Positions 10,701 through 22,047 of a stretch of 64,000 bases of DNA are shown piece by piece. The position numbers were made by a program, and so were the translations under genes. The notes beneath the pieces are model-generated. The model had not been told where the DNA came from. It did not search any database and worked only from the letters and a program-made list of their open reading frames with translations. Numbering within the stretch: position 1 is the stretch's first letter; every line of letters begins with the position of its first letter. The stretch spans positions 17,050,001 through 17,114,000 of the forward strand of contig CM106585.1 in assembly GCA_048013815.1 (NCBI GenBank), read 5' to 3'. The DNA is from Setoptus koraiensis. Taxonomy: Eukaryota; Animalia; Arthropoda.

Positions 10701-12610
10701 CTCAGCCTATTCATCAGTAGATCGGAACTTAGAGGTGAACGAGACTGGTTTGTCTGCTGCGATTGTTGCTGTTGTTGTTGCTGCTGTTGTTGTTGTTGAA
10801 GAATATTCGAAGAGAAAGGTGAATTATTTTGACCAAATGGAGCATTCGCAGAATTGAAATTGAAGAGAGATGCACTGGTGTTGTTTTGTTGAGCACTTCC
10901 AAATAATGAGCTACTAGAGTTGAAGGCGTCAAAACTCTGGCCCACAGTGTTATTTGTGCCAAATAGTTTCAATTCACCTCCAGGTTTTGTTTCATTCAAA
11001 GAACCTAAAGTTTGGGGGGCCTGAGATCCAAGGGTTGTCCCGAGACCTGTTTTCTGCATACTATCCACGGTAGGTGGATTGAATCGGATCGTGTTGTTGG
11101 TAGATCCAAAAGAGCCAAAAGTTGGAGTCCCAAGAGTGCTGCTTGCGCCGAATAGCGTGTTGTTCGGTTTGGTCTGAAACATTCCGGAGCTTGCCCCGAA
11201 AGTAGTGGCCGTTGAAGTTGGAGCACCAAAAGTTGTATTGGCTGTGCTAGTTGCTGGGTTGATTCCGAAGGATGTATTTGGTGTTTGAAATAGATTAGAT
11301 CCGCCGAGTGTACCAGATGTTTGACTACCAAATAAGCCTGTCTGTGGGGTGTTTTGTGGCTGTGTTTGACCGAAAACTGATCCAGTTGAAGGCGCCGCAC
11401 CAAAAACATTGGGACTGGTGAAGGTCGTTGATCCAAATGTGCTCGTAGTTCCAGTTGTACCTTGGTTGAATGTATTCTGTTGTTGGCCGAATGTGTTGGC
11501 GGTACTTGTGCTTGTGTTCAAGCCACCAAATGAGGTGCCAGTCGAAGGAAATATGGACGATGTTCCACTGCCCAAAACGTTGTTTGTTGGCTGAGGAGTC
11601 CCGAAGATATTGGATTGTTGGGCAGGTTGCTGATTTTGTAGGGTCTGACCAAAAACAGAGGTGTTGTTAGTAGCACCAAATGCCGTGCTTGTTGGAGTTC
11701 CAAAAGAGGATTGCTGACCGAAAAAACTGTTAGTAGTGGCATTTTGTGAGCCCTTTCTATTGGCTGCGTAATCCTCCATTCTTAATTCTTCAACTGATTT
11801 CGACTCGTATTCCTTCATTGCAGTAATATTCTGATGTCGAGTGGGTACGTTTTGCTGAGATCCATTCTTCTGTATGTAGTCTGTGCCTGTAGGTGGATTG
11901 AATCGAACTGTGTTATTAGTGGCGGATCCAAAAGAACCAAATGTCGGATTTCCTAGGGTACTGCTAGCCCCGAACAATGTGTTGTTTGGTTTGCTCTGAA
12001 ACATGCCAAAGCTTGCGCCAAAAGTGTTGGCTGTTGATGTTGGAGCACCAAAAGATGTATTGGCCGTGCTAGTAGCTGGGTTAATTCCGAAAGAGGTGTT
12101 CGGTGTTTGAAATAGATTAGATCCGCCTGTTTGGCTACCAAATAAGGCAGTCGTTTGTGGGGTGTTTTGTGGCTGTGCTTGGCCAAATACTGACCCGGTC
12201 GATGGGGCCGCACCAAAAACATTAGAGCTAGTGAAGGTCGAGCCAAATGTGTTCGTAGCTCCTGGGGTGCCCTGATTAAATGTATTCTGTTGTTGGCCGA
12301 ATGTGTTGGCGGTACTTGTACTTGTGTTCAAGCCACCAAATGATGTACCAGTCGAAGGAAATATGGACGAAGCTCCACTACCCAAAATATTGTTTGTTTG
12401 CTGAGGTGTCCCGAAGATATTGGATTGTTGTGCAGGCTGCTGATTTTGTAGGGTCTGACCAAAAACAGAGGTATTGTTAGCGGCTCCAAAAGAGGTGCTG
12501 GCAGCGGCGCCAAAGGTCGGCTGTTGACCAAACTGATTCGGTTGACCGAATGACGTGTTGGTTGCATTATTATTCAGCCCAAAAGTCGGATTGTTGTTTG
12601 GTTGAAACAT
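7727..12610 (-). CDS. NUP98: Nup98-Nup96 polyprotein precursor, 1627 aa, intronless
   Basis: N-terminal FG repeats, GLEBS motif (TRHQNITAMKEYESKSVEELRMEDY) and autoprotease domain (EIVHIRRKEVVVYPDD...KPPVGQGLNRPATITL). The HF/S cleavage motif WVFAVKHFSKYGL lies at 9670-9662 and is followed by the Nup96 region. Confidence 0.96.
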   Translation of the reverse strand: MFQPNNNPTFGLNNNATNTSFGQPNQFGQQPTFGAAASTSFGAANNTSVFGQTLQNQQPAQQSNIFGTPQQTNNILGSGASSIFPSTGTSFGGLNTSTSTANTFGQQQNTFNQGTPGATNTFGSTFTSSNVFGAAPSTGSVFGQAQPQNTPQTTALFGSQTGGSNLFQTPNTSFGINPATSTANTSFGAPTSTANTFGASFGMFQSKPNNTLFGASSTLGNPTFGSFGSATNNTVRFNPPTGTDYIQKNGSQQNVPTRHQNITAMKEYESKSVEELRMEDYAANRKGSQNATTNSFFGQQSSFGTPTSTAFGATNNTSVFGQTLQNQQPAQQSNIFGTPQPTNNVLGSGTSSIFPSTGTSFGGLNTSTSTANTFGQQQNTFNQGTTGTTSTFGSTTFTSPNVFGAAPSTGSVFGQTQPQNTPQTGLFGSQTSGTLGGSNLFQTPNTSFGINPATSTANTTFGAPTSTATTFGASSGMFQTKPNNTLFGASSTLGTPTFGSFGSTNNTIRFNPPTVDSMQKTGLGTTLGSQAPQTLGSLNETKPGGELKLFGTNNTVGQSFDAFNSSSSLFGSAQQNNTSASLFNFNSANAPFGQNNSPFSSNILQQQQQQQQQQQQSQQTNQSRSPLSSDLLMNRLRTLPYGDTSITQDDLSQAKFTTDPRTLNQYKMSAKTNSILTKPSSADRARPNSVLFDGLDDPTGDDMKCALDVFVPKRNIKKLVLKSKTNSNASEAEIESPDESPSMIARDNIIPNINESDDINDIENSPNRTSLSMNQSLNVRDVTSRSSLADYSRNLTSPETLSVSNASSPSSNDSSRNRAPPEPFTMNLTSSKSGVTLNRLDYQTQPSLDELERLYNPETKTCIVNKFLIERNQYGSILFEQQMDIKGLNLDEIVHIRRKEVVVYPDDNNKPPVGQGLNRPATITLHQVWPVDKKTHEVIKDINRLNLMKYSETIENATIRKGARFIDYRPQTGSWVFAVKHFSKYGLTEDDETVQPVQVNSQARRNQLPIIVSDMGPPTTIPPSSQRPVEQRVVLERREHNKSLSSLSHATIMEQNMETYLDAAERQTPKREENNRADRSNLRYNGTIEQIYPGMSSSLLSSRSGDSNLSGSKTKNEQEVDSNILADLAMNPFALAPIFSEKYVELDLIRNSIFDDEDKINESKAFNKSHNDSKRAISVHGTKRIALHSPNNSGFFQDKICAQDVSAPKQPKIRDMKLKPDLFAAQNKLIKDVSAVRVSGSPKIRFINGSRTFSMIQGDSVTLHELKIVPSITDGQLGEKLDHKLDRYLTSHSIVTQLQMKPTLAPYIETDDYIDSAESHDLLHALYGNLTTDGPYAKQNERLLRVIDWLSSKNLKLPVPTNIYQRIIYHLTCDRYDLASSVAMDGNHPRLALLVSSANVNKDLMIEQLDMWRMSCADQYIDKELLKIYVLLAGLTDWKTSDNKPIDCLKGLEWTQQLSLLILHVSSFVSEPDKYGFHLLPQFLKRLDTDTNDVDFHILSRNNPSTILSAASRMNLSEEWFLLESLKSFHIICTEMEWADSDIIHCNMVAQLGAIDLRWACFIALHIVNNDIRNKVLIKCLEQNIGQICPNEKYTNNVKDISKCQEIETWLVEKLKIPKEFIENAKI
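11070..12510 (-). repeat. Internal tandem duplication (~620 nt x2, offset ~810-820 nt) in the Nup98 FG domain
   Basis: 12421 tggattgttgtgcaggctgctgattttgtagggtctgaccaaaaacagagg matches 11611 tggattgttgggcaggttgctgattttgtagggtctgaccaaaaacagagg. Similarity continues to ggtggattgaatcg at ~11893 and ~11073. Confidence 0.92.
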
Positions 12611-12951
12611 ATTGTCACTTGTATTCCTTTCAAGATATTAAGACAATCTCACTGTATTAACTAATAATAATTCTAGAATTGATACCATGTTAAACCGCGG
12701 AATACGTTGCTTTTCTACTCACAATTGTCAATGCATGAACGTTGCTCGAAGATCATGATAAAATACACCCAGCGTTTGAGCGCTAATTTCAAATGTACCT
12801 AGTGGAAAAGCGTGCTCAAATTGTGTTGTTGCCAAAGTTGGCACGTTGTATCGGACGCATCAATTATCGTCAATTATTCATTGCAGTTCTGTGATGTTTA
12901 CCAAGATAATTGGAATTAGACTATTACACTTTGCACACTATTCTAAGTAGT

Positions 12952-13254
12952 ATGGAGAATTTTTGCAAAAAATGTGAATCAATTATAGCCCTCAATGAAG
13001 ATAGTTGCTCATGTGGCTTAAAGGTCCATGCTGAACCTAAAGAGCAAGTTATTCGAGTGCGATTTAATACTAGGAAAAAAGAAATACAGGATAGAGATGA
13101 AGAAGATGGACCAGTGGTGGAAAAATTCTGCAATACTTGCAATGAACTGACTGAACAGACGTATTTTACCTTGCAGATAAGATCGGCTGATGAGGGTCAG
13201 ACTGTATTTTATAAGTGCAAAAAATGTTCTACTAAAACAAACGAAAATTCCTAG
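12952..13254 (+). CDS. POLR1H: RNA polymerase I subunit RPA12, 100 aa
   Basis: N-terminal CxxC..CxC zinc ribbon and C-terminal TFIIS-like ribbon with QIRSADEGQTVFYKC, ending ENS. EGQT distinguishes RPA12 from RPC11. ATG at 12952; the ORF track uses an upstream TTG. Confidence 0.93.
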   Translation: MENFCKKCESIIALNEDSCSCGLKVHAEPKEQVIRVRFNTRKKEIQDRDEEDGPVVEKFCNTCNELTEQTYFTLQIRSADEGQTVFYKCKKCSTKTNENS

Positions 13255-13731
13255 ATTGGTCGCAGATTCACGCATATGAACAAACGAATCGTCTGGGTGT
13301 CAGGTCCGCCCGTTCATTCGACGCGTAAGAGCGATTTTGCTGAAGATAGTGACAAAGCTCCTCGAGGATTCATATGTAACTAGAGAAAAAGGGAATTTAT
13401 TGGCCAAGATACGAAGCGTCAACAAGTTGTTAATTTTTTTTTTCATTCAATAAATATATACACATAGGAAAGTTTGCTCTATAGCTAAATAAGAATAGTA
13501 TTCTGTATTATTAAATTTTAATAACTAGGTATCTTGAGCTATGACTACTTGATTACCATTTCTGCCTACACAACTCAATATACAGCACGGTAATAATACT
13601 TTTTTCAATAATATGATTGTTTACTGTCGTTGCACTATTAAAGCCAGCTGGCATGAGCATATGAGAGTAGTAATTTCTCTTCTCTCGTTGTTCATGATTC
13701 AAATCGAACCGAGTCGCTAGTTATACTGAAT

Positions 13732-15663
13732 TCACTGATTTTTATGAAATGTAAAAAAAATTGCTAACGATATCCCGGGAGTTAGCAAGAACACCACTAC
13801 CAAATATGCAATACTGAACCATCTATTTTTAACACTTAATAAACCAAAATGCTTGGAGGCCCATAGAGGTAGCATGGTGTAGGGGAATACGTAAAACATG
13901 AATATACCGGCAACATTGAATATAAAATGACACAAGGCAATCTGAAGTGTCTCTCTTGGGTATGTAGAGTTGCTGGATAGAGCGGCTAGGATACCTGTCG
14001 TTGTGGTGCCAACATTAGAGCCCAAAGTTAGCTCATATATCTGCATCAGCGATAAAACGTCGCCGCCCGCTAACGGCACGAGCATGGATGTGAAGACACC
14101 GCTACTATGTAGAATAATGGTTACAACCATACCAACGAAGATGAATATATATCCAACTAGGCATGGGTACTTGTATTCACGGCGCGCGAGATCACTAATC
14201 CAATTAGTTAATTTTCCACTGGTGTTGATAGAAGTGATAGAGAAGAATGAAGTTCGTTTCAGTGTATGCGAAAGTTGAACTGTACTAGTGGGATACTAAT
14301 GATCTATTACTTACCCTAACATAGATTGTGTTGTTCTCACAACAAATATCAAGCATGTGAACAAGGTAACTAGAGCTATAAGCAACAACATGAGGCAGAC
14401 TGCGTCATCGCTCAAGTCAGTTTGGCTGAACAATGATGAACCTAGATATCCGGTATGGGAGAAGAATAGTTTTAGAAAGTTAAATTTACTTGTTTGCATA
14501 GTCACTAGGGAGATGTATGTGTAGGGCTCGAATTTTGTTCACTTACATCTATCTTTACAATTTGATATGTTATCTATTGTATAATTAGAAGTCGAGTTAA
14601 TATCGCAGCAACGTTTTATTATAGATTCTGTCGAATTGAGCGGTTCATTCGGATTGACTGTACGCAATTTAACTTCGTCAATGTAAACGATCCACTTGAC
14701 GACGGGCTGAACTAAAAAGCTTAAAAATTGCAACTCCCCAACATCGGGCCTATTCTTGCTTGTTCCAATTAATTCCAGTAACCATAGCGATGATTTCTCA
14801 AGGAATCCCGTTAGCAATTCAAATGGCAATAGAAATACTACAGACAGTATGTTGTACATATCGTGCACAATTCCAGCAGTTATTGCGATACCAAAGTTCT
14901 TCTTGTCACCATACTCAATTAATGAAACAATTGTGTTAGTTACTGAAGTTCCAACATTTGCGCCCATGATAATAGGTATACCTTCTTTGACACCGATAAC
15001 ACCAGATCCAACCATTGTTACCAAGACAGATGTTACCGCCCCAGAGCTTTGAACTATAATAGTGGTGATGATACCTACCATGAGGCCCATGATGGGATTC
15101 TCGAGGATGGGCGATAGTTGGCCAGTGTGATGAACTGACGTCAATTTGAATGCCTCGCTCAGCAAACTTGATGAGCACATGAAAAAGTATAATGTTGAAA
15201 ATATTGCTAACAATTTAAGCGCTACCTTAAAGTTAGACTCGTTCATTCTCTTAATAATAATACTGTCACTTAGACCAGTGTTAGCACGACGTTCTAAGTT
15301 ATTTAAGGCTATGGTATTGTTTGTTTTAGCTAGGGGATCGCGTTCACCAACATCACTGATCTCTAGCTTACCGGCCTCCATAATCGCCGGGTGACTATTT
15401 GAATTAATTGTTGCTAAATTATTTTGACTAACTGATTTGTGGCTATTAGTACTATTAATCATGTTGTTTTCCTGTAGTTGCTGTTCTTTTGCTGTCGAGA
15501 TATCATTCTCTTTAATAGGATGAACATGGTGAAGATTTGAGAAGGCACCCGATGATTTTGGCATTATTGTATTTGTTGTGGTAGATGGTTTGTCCAGGGA
15601 ATCTAATTTCTCTATAATTACTTGTGAAATGACGGCTGCAGTGTTATTGTTTGATGATGTCAT
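13732..15663 (-). CDS. SLC34A: Type II sodium-dependent phosphate cotransporter (SLC34/NaPi-II); exons 15663-14547, 14441-14315, 14218-13732
   Basis: Two signature repeats: IIVQSSGAVTS/GANVGTSVTN and ILHSSGVFTS/LGSNVGTTTT, plus LQIALCHFIFN. GT-AG introns of 105 and 96 nt restore the frame (…KDRC SSLFSQTDLSD…; …QSMLG GKLTNW…). Confidence 0.92.
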
Positions 15664-17381
15664 CTTGTTTGTGTGTGCTTTTATTATTGTCACTTTCCAG
15701 TGCACAAACGATGTGTTGTGGAAAACTATCTAGAAATAGTTGACGAATAGTTTTTGTTTTGAAAATCGAACTTTATCTGGATGTTGAACCTTGTTGGTGG
15801 GGCTGTTGTTGTTGTTGCGTCCACACCGTTGTTATTAGACGGATTCAAGGTGATCAATGAAACAACGAGCGTCTAGTCGTCAAAACTAAATGGTCGAATG
15901 GTTGAACTTTTAGTCCCGAGCGCTTGTTTGTGTTAAGTCGAGATGGCTTTACACGCAAATGATATGTCGTTGTCGTTTTTGATTGCGACATAAATTGATT
16001 GTGTTCTCGATAGTTTAGTTGGGTTAAGTTTGATCTAGTGAACTACTTAGCGAGCGATCAAGCTAGCCAGCCAGTCAGCGTTCAATTGAAGAGTGTGTGT
16101 GTGTGTGTGTGTAATAGGTTAGCAGTTTGTCGCAGTGCAAGTGTAGGCGTAAGAGTGTGAGTGTTGATTATGCGGTGATGATTAATTGATTAACCAAACA
16201 TTGGCGATGAAGCACCATTGAGTGGCGCTATTCTCGATAGCGGCGGCGGCGGCGTCGGCTGCTGCAATATAATTGTGTGCACTGGCAACAACAGCAACAT
16301 CAACCATGAGCAACAATTAACACTTGCTAGCTAGAGAAGTTATTGATGAGATACATATGGACTGGTATGGACTCTTGGAATCCCTGCCACAGGATTCTGA
16401 AGTTAGCCGGGTGTTGGCGGTTGGCGAGCGAGTATTTTGTTGTTGCTGTTGTTGCTGTTGTCGTCGTCGTCGTTGTTGTTGGTGTCGCTATTGTTGCGTG
16501 ATGTGAGCCGAGCAGAGTTGAATGATCAGTTGTATGGGTGACAATATTGTCAAAAGTACTCGTACTGATTGTGTGAGACGCTGCTGTTGTTGGCGCCGTC
16601 GTCACCACCTTTGCCTATTTTGTCCTATTTGTTTGTTCCTAATTTTAGCGCTTTATAGATTATTATTTTTCTATTAGTCGTATTGTGCAGCATTTATGGA
16701 ACTGTCAATGTGTTCGGTCATCTGTGTGCGTGTGTGTGTGCGTGTGTGTGTTGCGAATAATAAAAATCTTGATAAATATAATTGTTGTTTATCGTTTGAT
16801 AACCACGGCTCATGACGATGACGATCGTACAACAACGACATTTCCATGGATTGTTCCTAGCTCGCGAGACATGACATGACACACAATAGTAGTAATATAA
16901 TAGAACAACAAAAAATATCCTCAATGCCTAGTTAGCAAGTTGTCGTCTTGCTATTGTTGCTTTTTGTTGTTGTTGTTGTTAAGTGTTGATAGTGATACGA
17001 TAATGCAATTTTCGCCTATTAGTATTAGTATAATTGGGTAGTATACTACACTATACTGGTATACTGTTACTATCTCAAATCTGTCTCATAACTATTATTA
17101 GCGATACTATTGTTGATCTCCACTATTATTGATATTAATAATAGTAATAATAATAGCGATAATAAGTATCCGGCTAACAATGTAAATCATATAGGCAGCG
17201 AGAGGGACAATATCTGAAGAAATAGACAATATCAATCATGAAGCGTGATGCAAACGCTGCTGCCGCCGCTCACTACACACAGATAAAAGAAGAACACGGC
17301 ACCGCTACACACACATTTGTATACAACAACCAGCTAATAACATGGCGAAAAGCATGGGCCGGCCTGCAGTTCCCCTTATTG

Positions 17382-17390
17382 CACACACAC

Positions 17391-17430
<40 letters not shown>
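17382..17430. repeat. (CA)n microsatellite
   Basis: Near-perfect CA run upstream of the SLC34 gene. Confidence 0.95.
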
Positions 17431-17431
<1 letters not shown>

Positions 17432-18531
17432 ATCAAACATCGGCTTCAGAAACTGAGGGATACAACACACACACACACACACACTGCAGATTTGCGTACA
17501 TAGTGCACGAGAAACATTGGTCCATCACTATGTTATAGCTACACGCTGAGGCGGCTATAGCAAATCTCCAATGCTCTACCAAATGCCTGTGTTTGTGCAC
17601 TATACTATGCGTATGTACAGTGTGCTGCTCTTGTATTTGGCACACATGCTCATGCGTCACGTCGCGGGGCCTTACAGGCTGCCCCCTTCATCCTCGTTTA
17701 GCACTTCTGCATAGCACTGTTCACCACCAGTTATCTCTATAGACACTACTAATGTGCGGTCTTCTATGCATTACCTAACAATAACGCTGTCTTGGCACAC
17801 TTTTGACCAGTCTGCTTGTGTGCGCACTGAGCGAGCGCGCGATTCACACATCGCAACTGTGTGTCTAGACTCTAGAGAACAGTCTAGACTCTCGAAGCAA
17901 TCGCGGCAATCGTAAAGCTACCATATTGAATCACGTAACCTATAGCTCATCATCATCATCATCATCGTGTAATGTAAATTTATTATTGTGCGAAAGTAAA
18001 TCCGGCCAACAAACATATCACACGCCGCCATTGCGCTTGCATATAAACCGGCAACTCTCGCCATGTTGTTGTTTGCACGGCTTTACATGTTCCCCTTTAT
18101 CCCCTTACTTCTCCTCCTTACTATTACTCATATTTCGCTCGCTCATTAAGCTCGCTAGATACTGTTAACGACTCCTACTAAATCAATACTAGACACACAC
18201 AACATCAAAAAGATTAGCCAAGAGAAATTTGAGATGTGAGAGACTATGCCATCGCAAGCTGGCTTCAAGTGTTCATGGAGCACTACACCTAAAGATGATT
18301 GTGAATCCAGATTGTTATTGCATCGACTTGTATTGTAACGAAACTTGAATAACACTTCAAGAAAACTGCATAACTGAAATAAGTCTATTCATACGGTACA
18401 AAATATATAACATAAAGTAAAAAATCTCGTAGTAGACTTTATCATGTCAAGTGGAAATTTTCACTGATCAAATCAACATGGTTAATCATTTGGTAATAAT
18501 ATCATTCTTGTTTCTCGCAACCAGATTGTCA

Positions 18532-20920
18532 TTACTGAGAATTTCCATTCACTTGGGTGTTCTTCTCTAATTCTTGGATTTTGGCTAGAAGTTCACGATT
18601 TTGTTGTTGTTGTAATTCAAACGCGCTTTCCAATTGTTGTTTGTGTTGCTTTTCTAACAACAATTGCTCAGACAGAGTTTCATTCTGAGTTTGCAGTTCG
18701 TGCACAATTAAATCTATTGTTTCGTTACCATTTACTAACGAAGTCTCCATGTCATCACTGCTTGCCGTAATTGGTAAATTGAATGCTTGAGGGAGATTTA
18801 TCGCTATAGTCCCGACATTTGAGTGATCACTATCACCTCCGGGACAACAAACTCTGTGGATATGCTTACACATATTTAAATTTATGGTGTAGTCTAAACA
18901 GTTACATCTATAACAATGAACACATGATCTACATGTGACACACTTGATTTTACATGGACATTCTTCTGGCCTTATATCTTGTTGACGGACCTCAAAATAT
19001 TGTTCGCTGACATTGTCTGAAGGTACTAGCCAGTACGTTCTCTCAACAGCAATCTCATACACTAATACTTCTGTCTCAACACTTTTTGCATGACGATTCA
19101 CTATTGATTTCATTTTCGATTGACTAGCTTCTTCGAGAGCTACGAGATGGTTGAATTGGTCGTCTTCAAACAATGACATTAATCCAGATATTGACTTGCA
19201 TAATTTCTTTGAGTTTTTACCTTCTTTGTAAGCATTTTTAAATTTTTCATGTAATGTAAGTAGATGAGAGTTGGACGGACCCGACTGCTCTTTGCGTAGG
19301 CAATTCGACCAAATTTCAATATTTTGCCTGAAATTCTCGTCGAAATATTCAACAAATTCTTTCATTTGAGCGTCTTGTTTATGCTGATCAATTGTGGCTT
19401 TTAAGATTCTAGTAAACTTGGAACGATCAGATTCCAACAAGAGAAGTTTCAGGTCCTTCTTCAATTTTCGTAATTTATCCCTACTCGTAACAAGATCGAA
19501 CTTCTTGAACCAATTATCTTGAACGGTCCAAGGTGCTAGTAAATTAAAAGCTGGCTTTGACATTACTTCTGCCCATGCCTCGTAGAAGTCATCAAGCTCG
19601 TCAGCGATGATCATTTTAGTTGTGATCTCTCCCACTTCATCTTTGATGATTGTGAAAAAAACTTTAAAAATCTCTAGATCAGTCCTCGTAGAATATAGGA
19701 AAGCAACTGGGAACCCTTGTCTTTGTGTCCAGGACGTTGAAGAAAAGTACAGAAAAGAATTGTTAGTGGTTATGAGTTAACAGATAGTTATAAAAACAAG
19801 TTGTGATTTGTGCTACAAATACATACCCTTCATCATCTATCACCGAGACAGCAGCCAAGTGCAAATATTCACAATGTACATTATGCGTAGAGTCAATTAC
19901 GATGCAAACGTGACCACGTTTCTTCAACATCTCTCGTTGACCATCTTTCATGATGATCAGCATGAAATCGTCCTCTTTAAGTGCTGGAAATCTTTCCATA
20001 GTTTCTGATTGTGATTTGTAAAAAACCACGGAGCTATACTCGTTATATTCCTTCATTTCACTAATCCACGCCTCCACATTGACTAGATCATAATTGTGTC
20101 TGATCAATTTAGAATCTAGATTCAATGAATTAATTATATTGTGTATATCTTTGGTAGTGGTGAGATGTAACCTGGATGGATTGTTTGTCGTGTCAACAGA
20201 ATCTCTAATTTGTTTTATGATATCCTTTTTTGGCACTCCTTGAGCAAGTTTTTGTACAATCAAATCTCTATCTCTGTCAGACAGATCTAAATGTTTAAGC
20301 TCGAAGTCATGGCCCACGTGTGACTTGACATATCTCACATCAACGCAATCATCCTCAATATTAATAGTAACATTCATGGATGCAGGACAACGGCCATTAA
20401 TCTTGCGACTGCCTTGCTTCTTGAGGGCTTTCCGCGTTCTTGCTTTGCTAATATAGTATCCTGACCTATTACAACTGTAATAGATTTTTTGTAAATCATC
20501 TGTTCTTTTGACACCGCGAGATTTTATGAATTGTGACACAGATTCTCGTTCAATCGCTTGTTTCCATTCTATGAAATCGTTAAAAGTTGAGAATCTGTAA
20601 TTTTCGATGTTTATTTGAACCTCGTGGTCCTTCTCTAGATGGCTATTATATAAGGACGAGGAAGAGAAGACATTATCGCATAGCGCACATTTTACGTTAT
20701 TGTAAGGCGAAGAAACATTCTGTTGATGTATATTCCGGAGGTGCCTGTTTAAATTTGAGTTTGCTGAGAATATCTTATCACAAATGTAACATTGGTGATT
20801 ATATGAGTTAGGGTCAACATTGCCTTCATTAGTGTGGCAATTAGAATTTTGGCCTTCGTTCGAAGAATCAAATGTTAATTCAGATGTTACGGACTTGTCT
20901 CCGGTTGGTGTATCCATCAT
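18532..20920 (-). CDS. MULE/Mutator-transposase-derived C2H2 zinc-finger + SWIM protein, 760 aa; exons 20920-19827 and 19720-18532
   Basis: Two C2H2 fingers (CYICDKIF..HLRNIH; CALCDNVF..HLEKDH), a WRKY/FAR1-like CNRSG...CPASM...HVGH domain, MULE core IDSTH...DDEGQGFPVAFL (rebuilt across a 106-nt intron), SWIM finger CNC...CKHIH and a C-terminal coiled-coil-like tail. Confidence 0.85.
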
Positions 20921-21527
20921 AACAAATAAATTAAAATAATAAAATGAGCAAACTGTATAATTAGGTGATGATTTTTAATATTGATCACTAAACTTTGTCG
21001 AACAAGTGTTTGCAAGAACTTGCAAGGAATCGGGCCTGGACTTGGTGAATGAGAAAAAGAGGAAAAATTATTTATTTTTATTTGTTGTGATCCGTCGCTA
21101 ACTAACTTCACTCCCATCTCCCTTGGAACACGCCCCTTTTCTCCCACATCTCCCCGAAAAATCTACCGTTCCCTTCGGATCACTTCCGTAACAATGCAGA
21201 TTTTTTTTATTTGTTTTCACCAGAAAGGGAAAACTCTATGGGATATTTACACGTAAAGAGGGGTCACGCTTCTTTTCTCCATACACGATTTGTGCGCCCG
21301 CGCATGAACGAAGAGGGGAAAACCGAATGAAATTCAAACACGTAAAAAGGGGACGCGTGTATTCAATTCAACATGAATTCAGGGATATTTTGATGCTCAC
21401 GCCTTTTGAAATCTGCGCTTACAACAACACGCAATAAGAATAGTTTTGAACACGTTATTTTGAGCAATGATAATACTTAAAACGTGCTATTATTATTAAA
21501 TCAATCAATTTTCTTTAAAACATCAAA

Positions 21528-22040
21528 ATGACTGCCCAAGAGGAGGAAAAGCCCACATCGGACAGTCTATGCACCATTCTAATTGATGGCCTACAATCTA
21601 AGGATAGCAAATTGGTTTCCAGCGTTCTCGACTGTCAAGAGGACGATTTAATAAAAGGTGTGTTGGAAATTTTACCAGCCAATCATGTTAGACAATTTGT
21701 GATGGAGCTCAGGAGTCGTTTAACTGAAGTTAATTCGTTGAAGTGGCTTCAAAAATTATTAGTTGTAAAGTTTTCTGTCTTATCAACAATGCCAAATATA
21801 GCAACTATATTGAGTCCAATCATGGAGCAACTAGATGATAAATGTTCATTAGATTACCATCAAAAATTACTCATGCTTAAAGGTAAAATGGATTTAATGA
21901 ATATGATAAAAGAGGACAGAAGGAAACGGAATGTTAACCCTGTCGAACGTGCCGTTATCAGTCTAAAGGCTCGCATCGAAAAAGACAGTGATGACGAGGC
22001 CATAATAGACTTAGACTCTGAAGATGAAGATGACGAATGA
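21528..22040 (+). CDS. Stand-alone Utp12/Dip2-domain protein (UTP5/WDR43 C-terminal-like), 170 aa
   Basis: SLCTILIDGLQSKDSKLVSSVL...LIKGVLEILP...KWLQKLL...LSTMP...QKLLMLKGKM resembles the WDR43 C-terminal domain and ends in an acidic tail. No WD40 coding sequence is present upstream. Confidence 0.75.
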   Translation: MTAQEEEKPTSDSLCTILIDGLQSKDSKLVSSVLDCQEDDLIKGVLEILPANHVRQFVMELRSRLTEVNSLKWLQKLLVVKFSVLSTMPNIATILSPIMEQLDDKCSLDYHQKLLMLKGKMDLMNMIKEDRRKRNVNPVERAVISLKARIEKDSDDEAIIDLDSEDEDDE

Positions 22041-22047
22041 CAATAAA

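Noticed and set aside
14505-14546. 42-nt intron making ORF 14311-14505 a full exon of SLC34
   Set aside because: The acceptor at 14442 gives a typical 105-nt intron and restores the conserved Cys (RC-SSLF).
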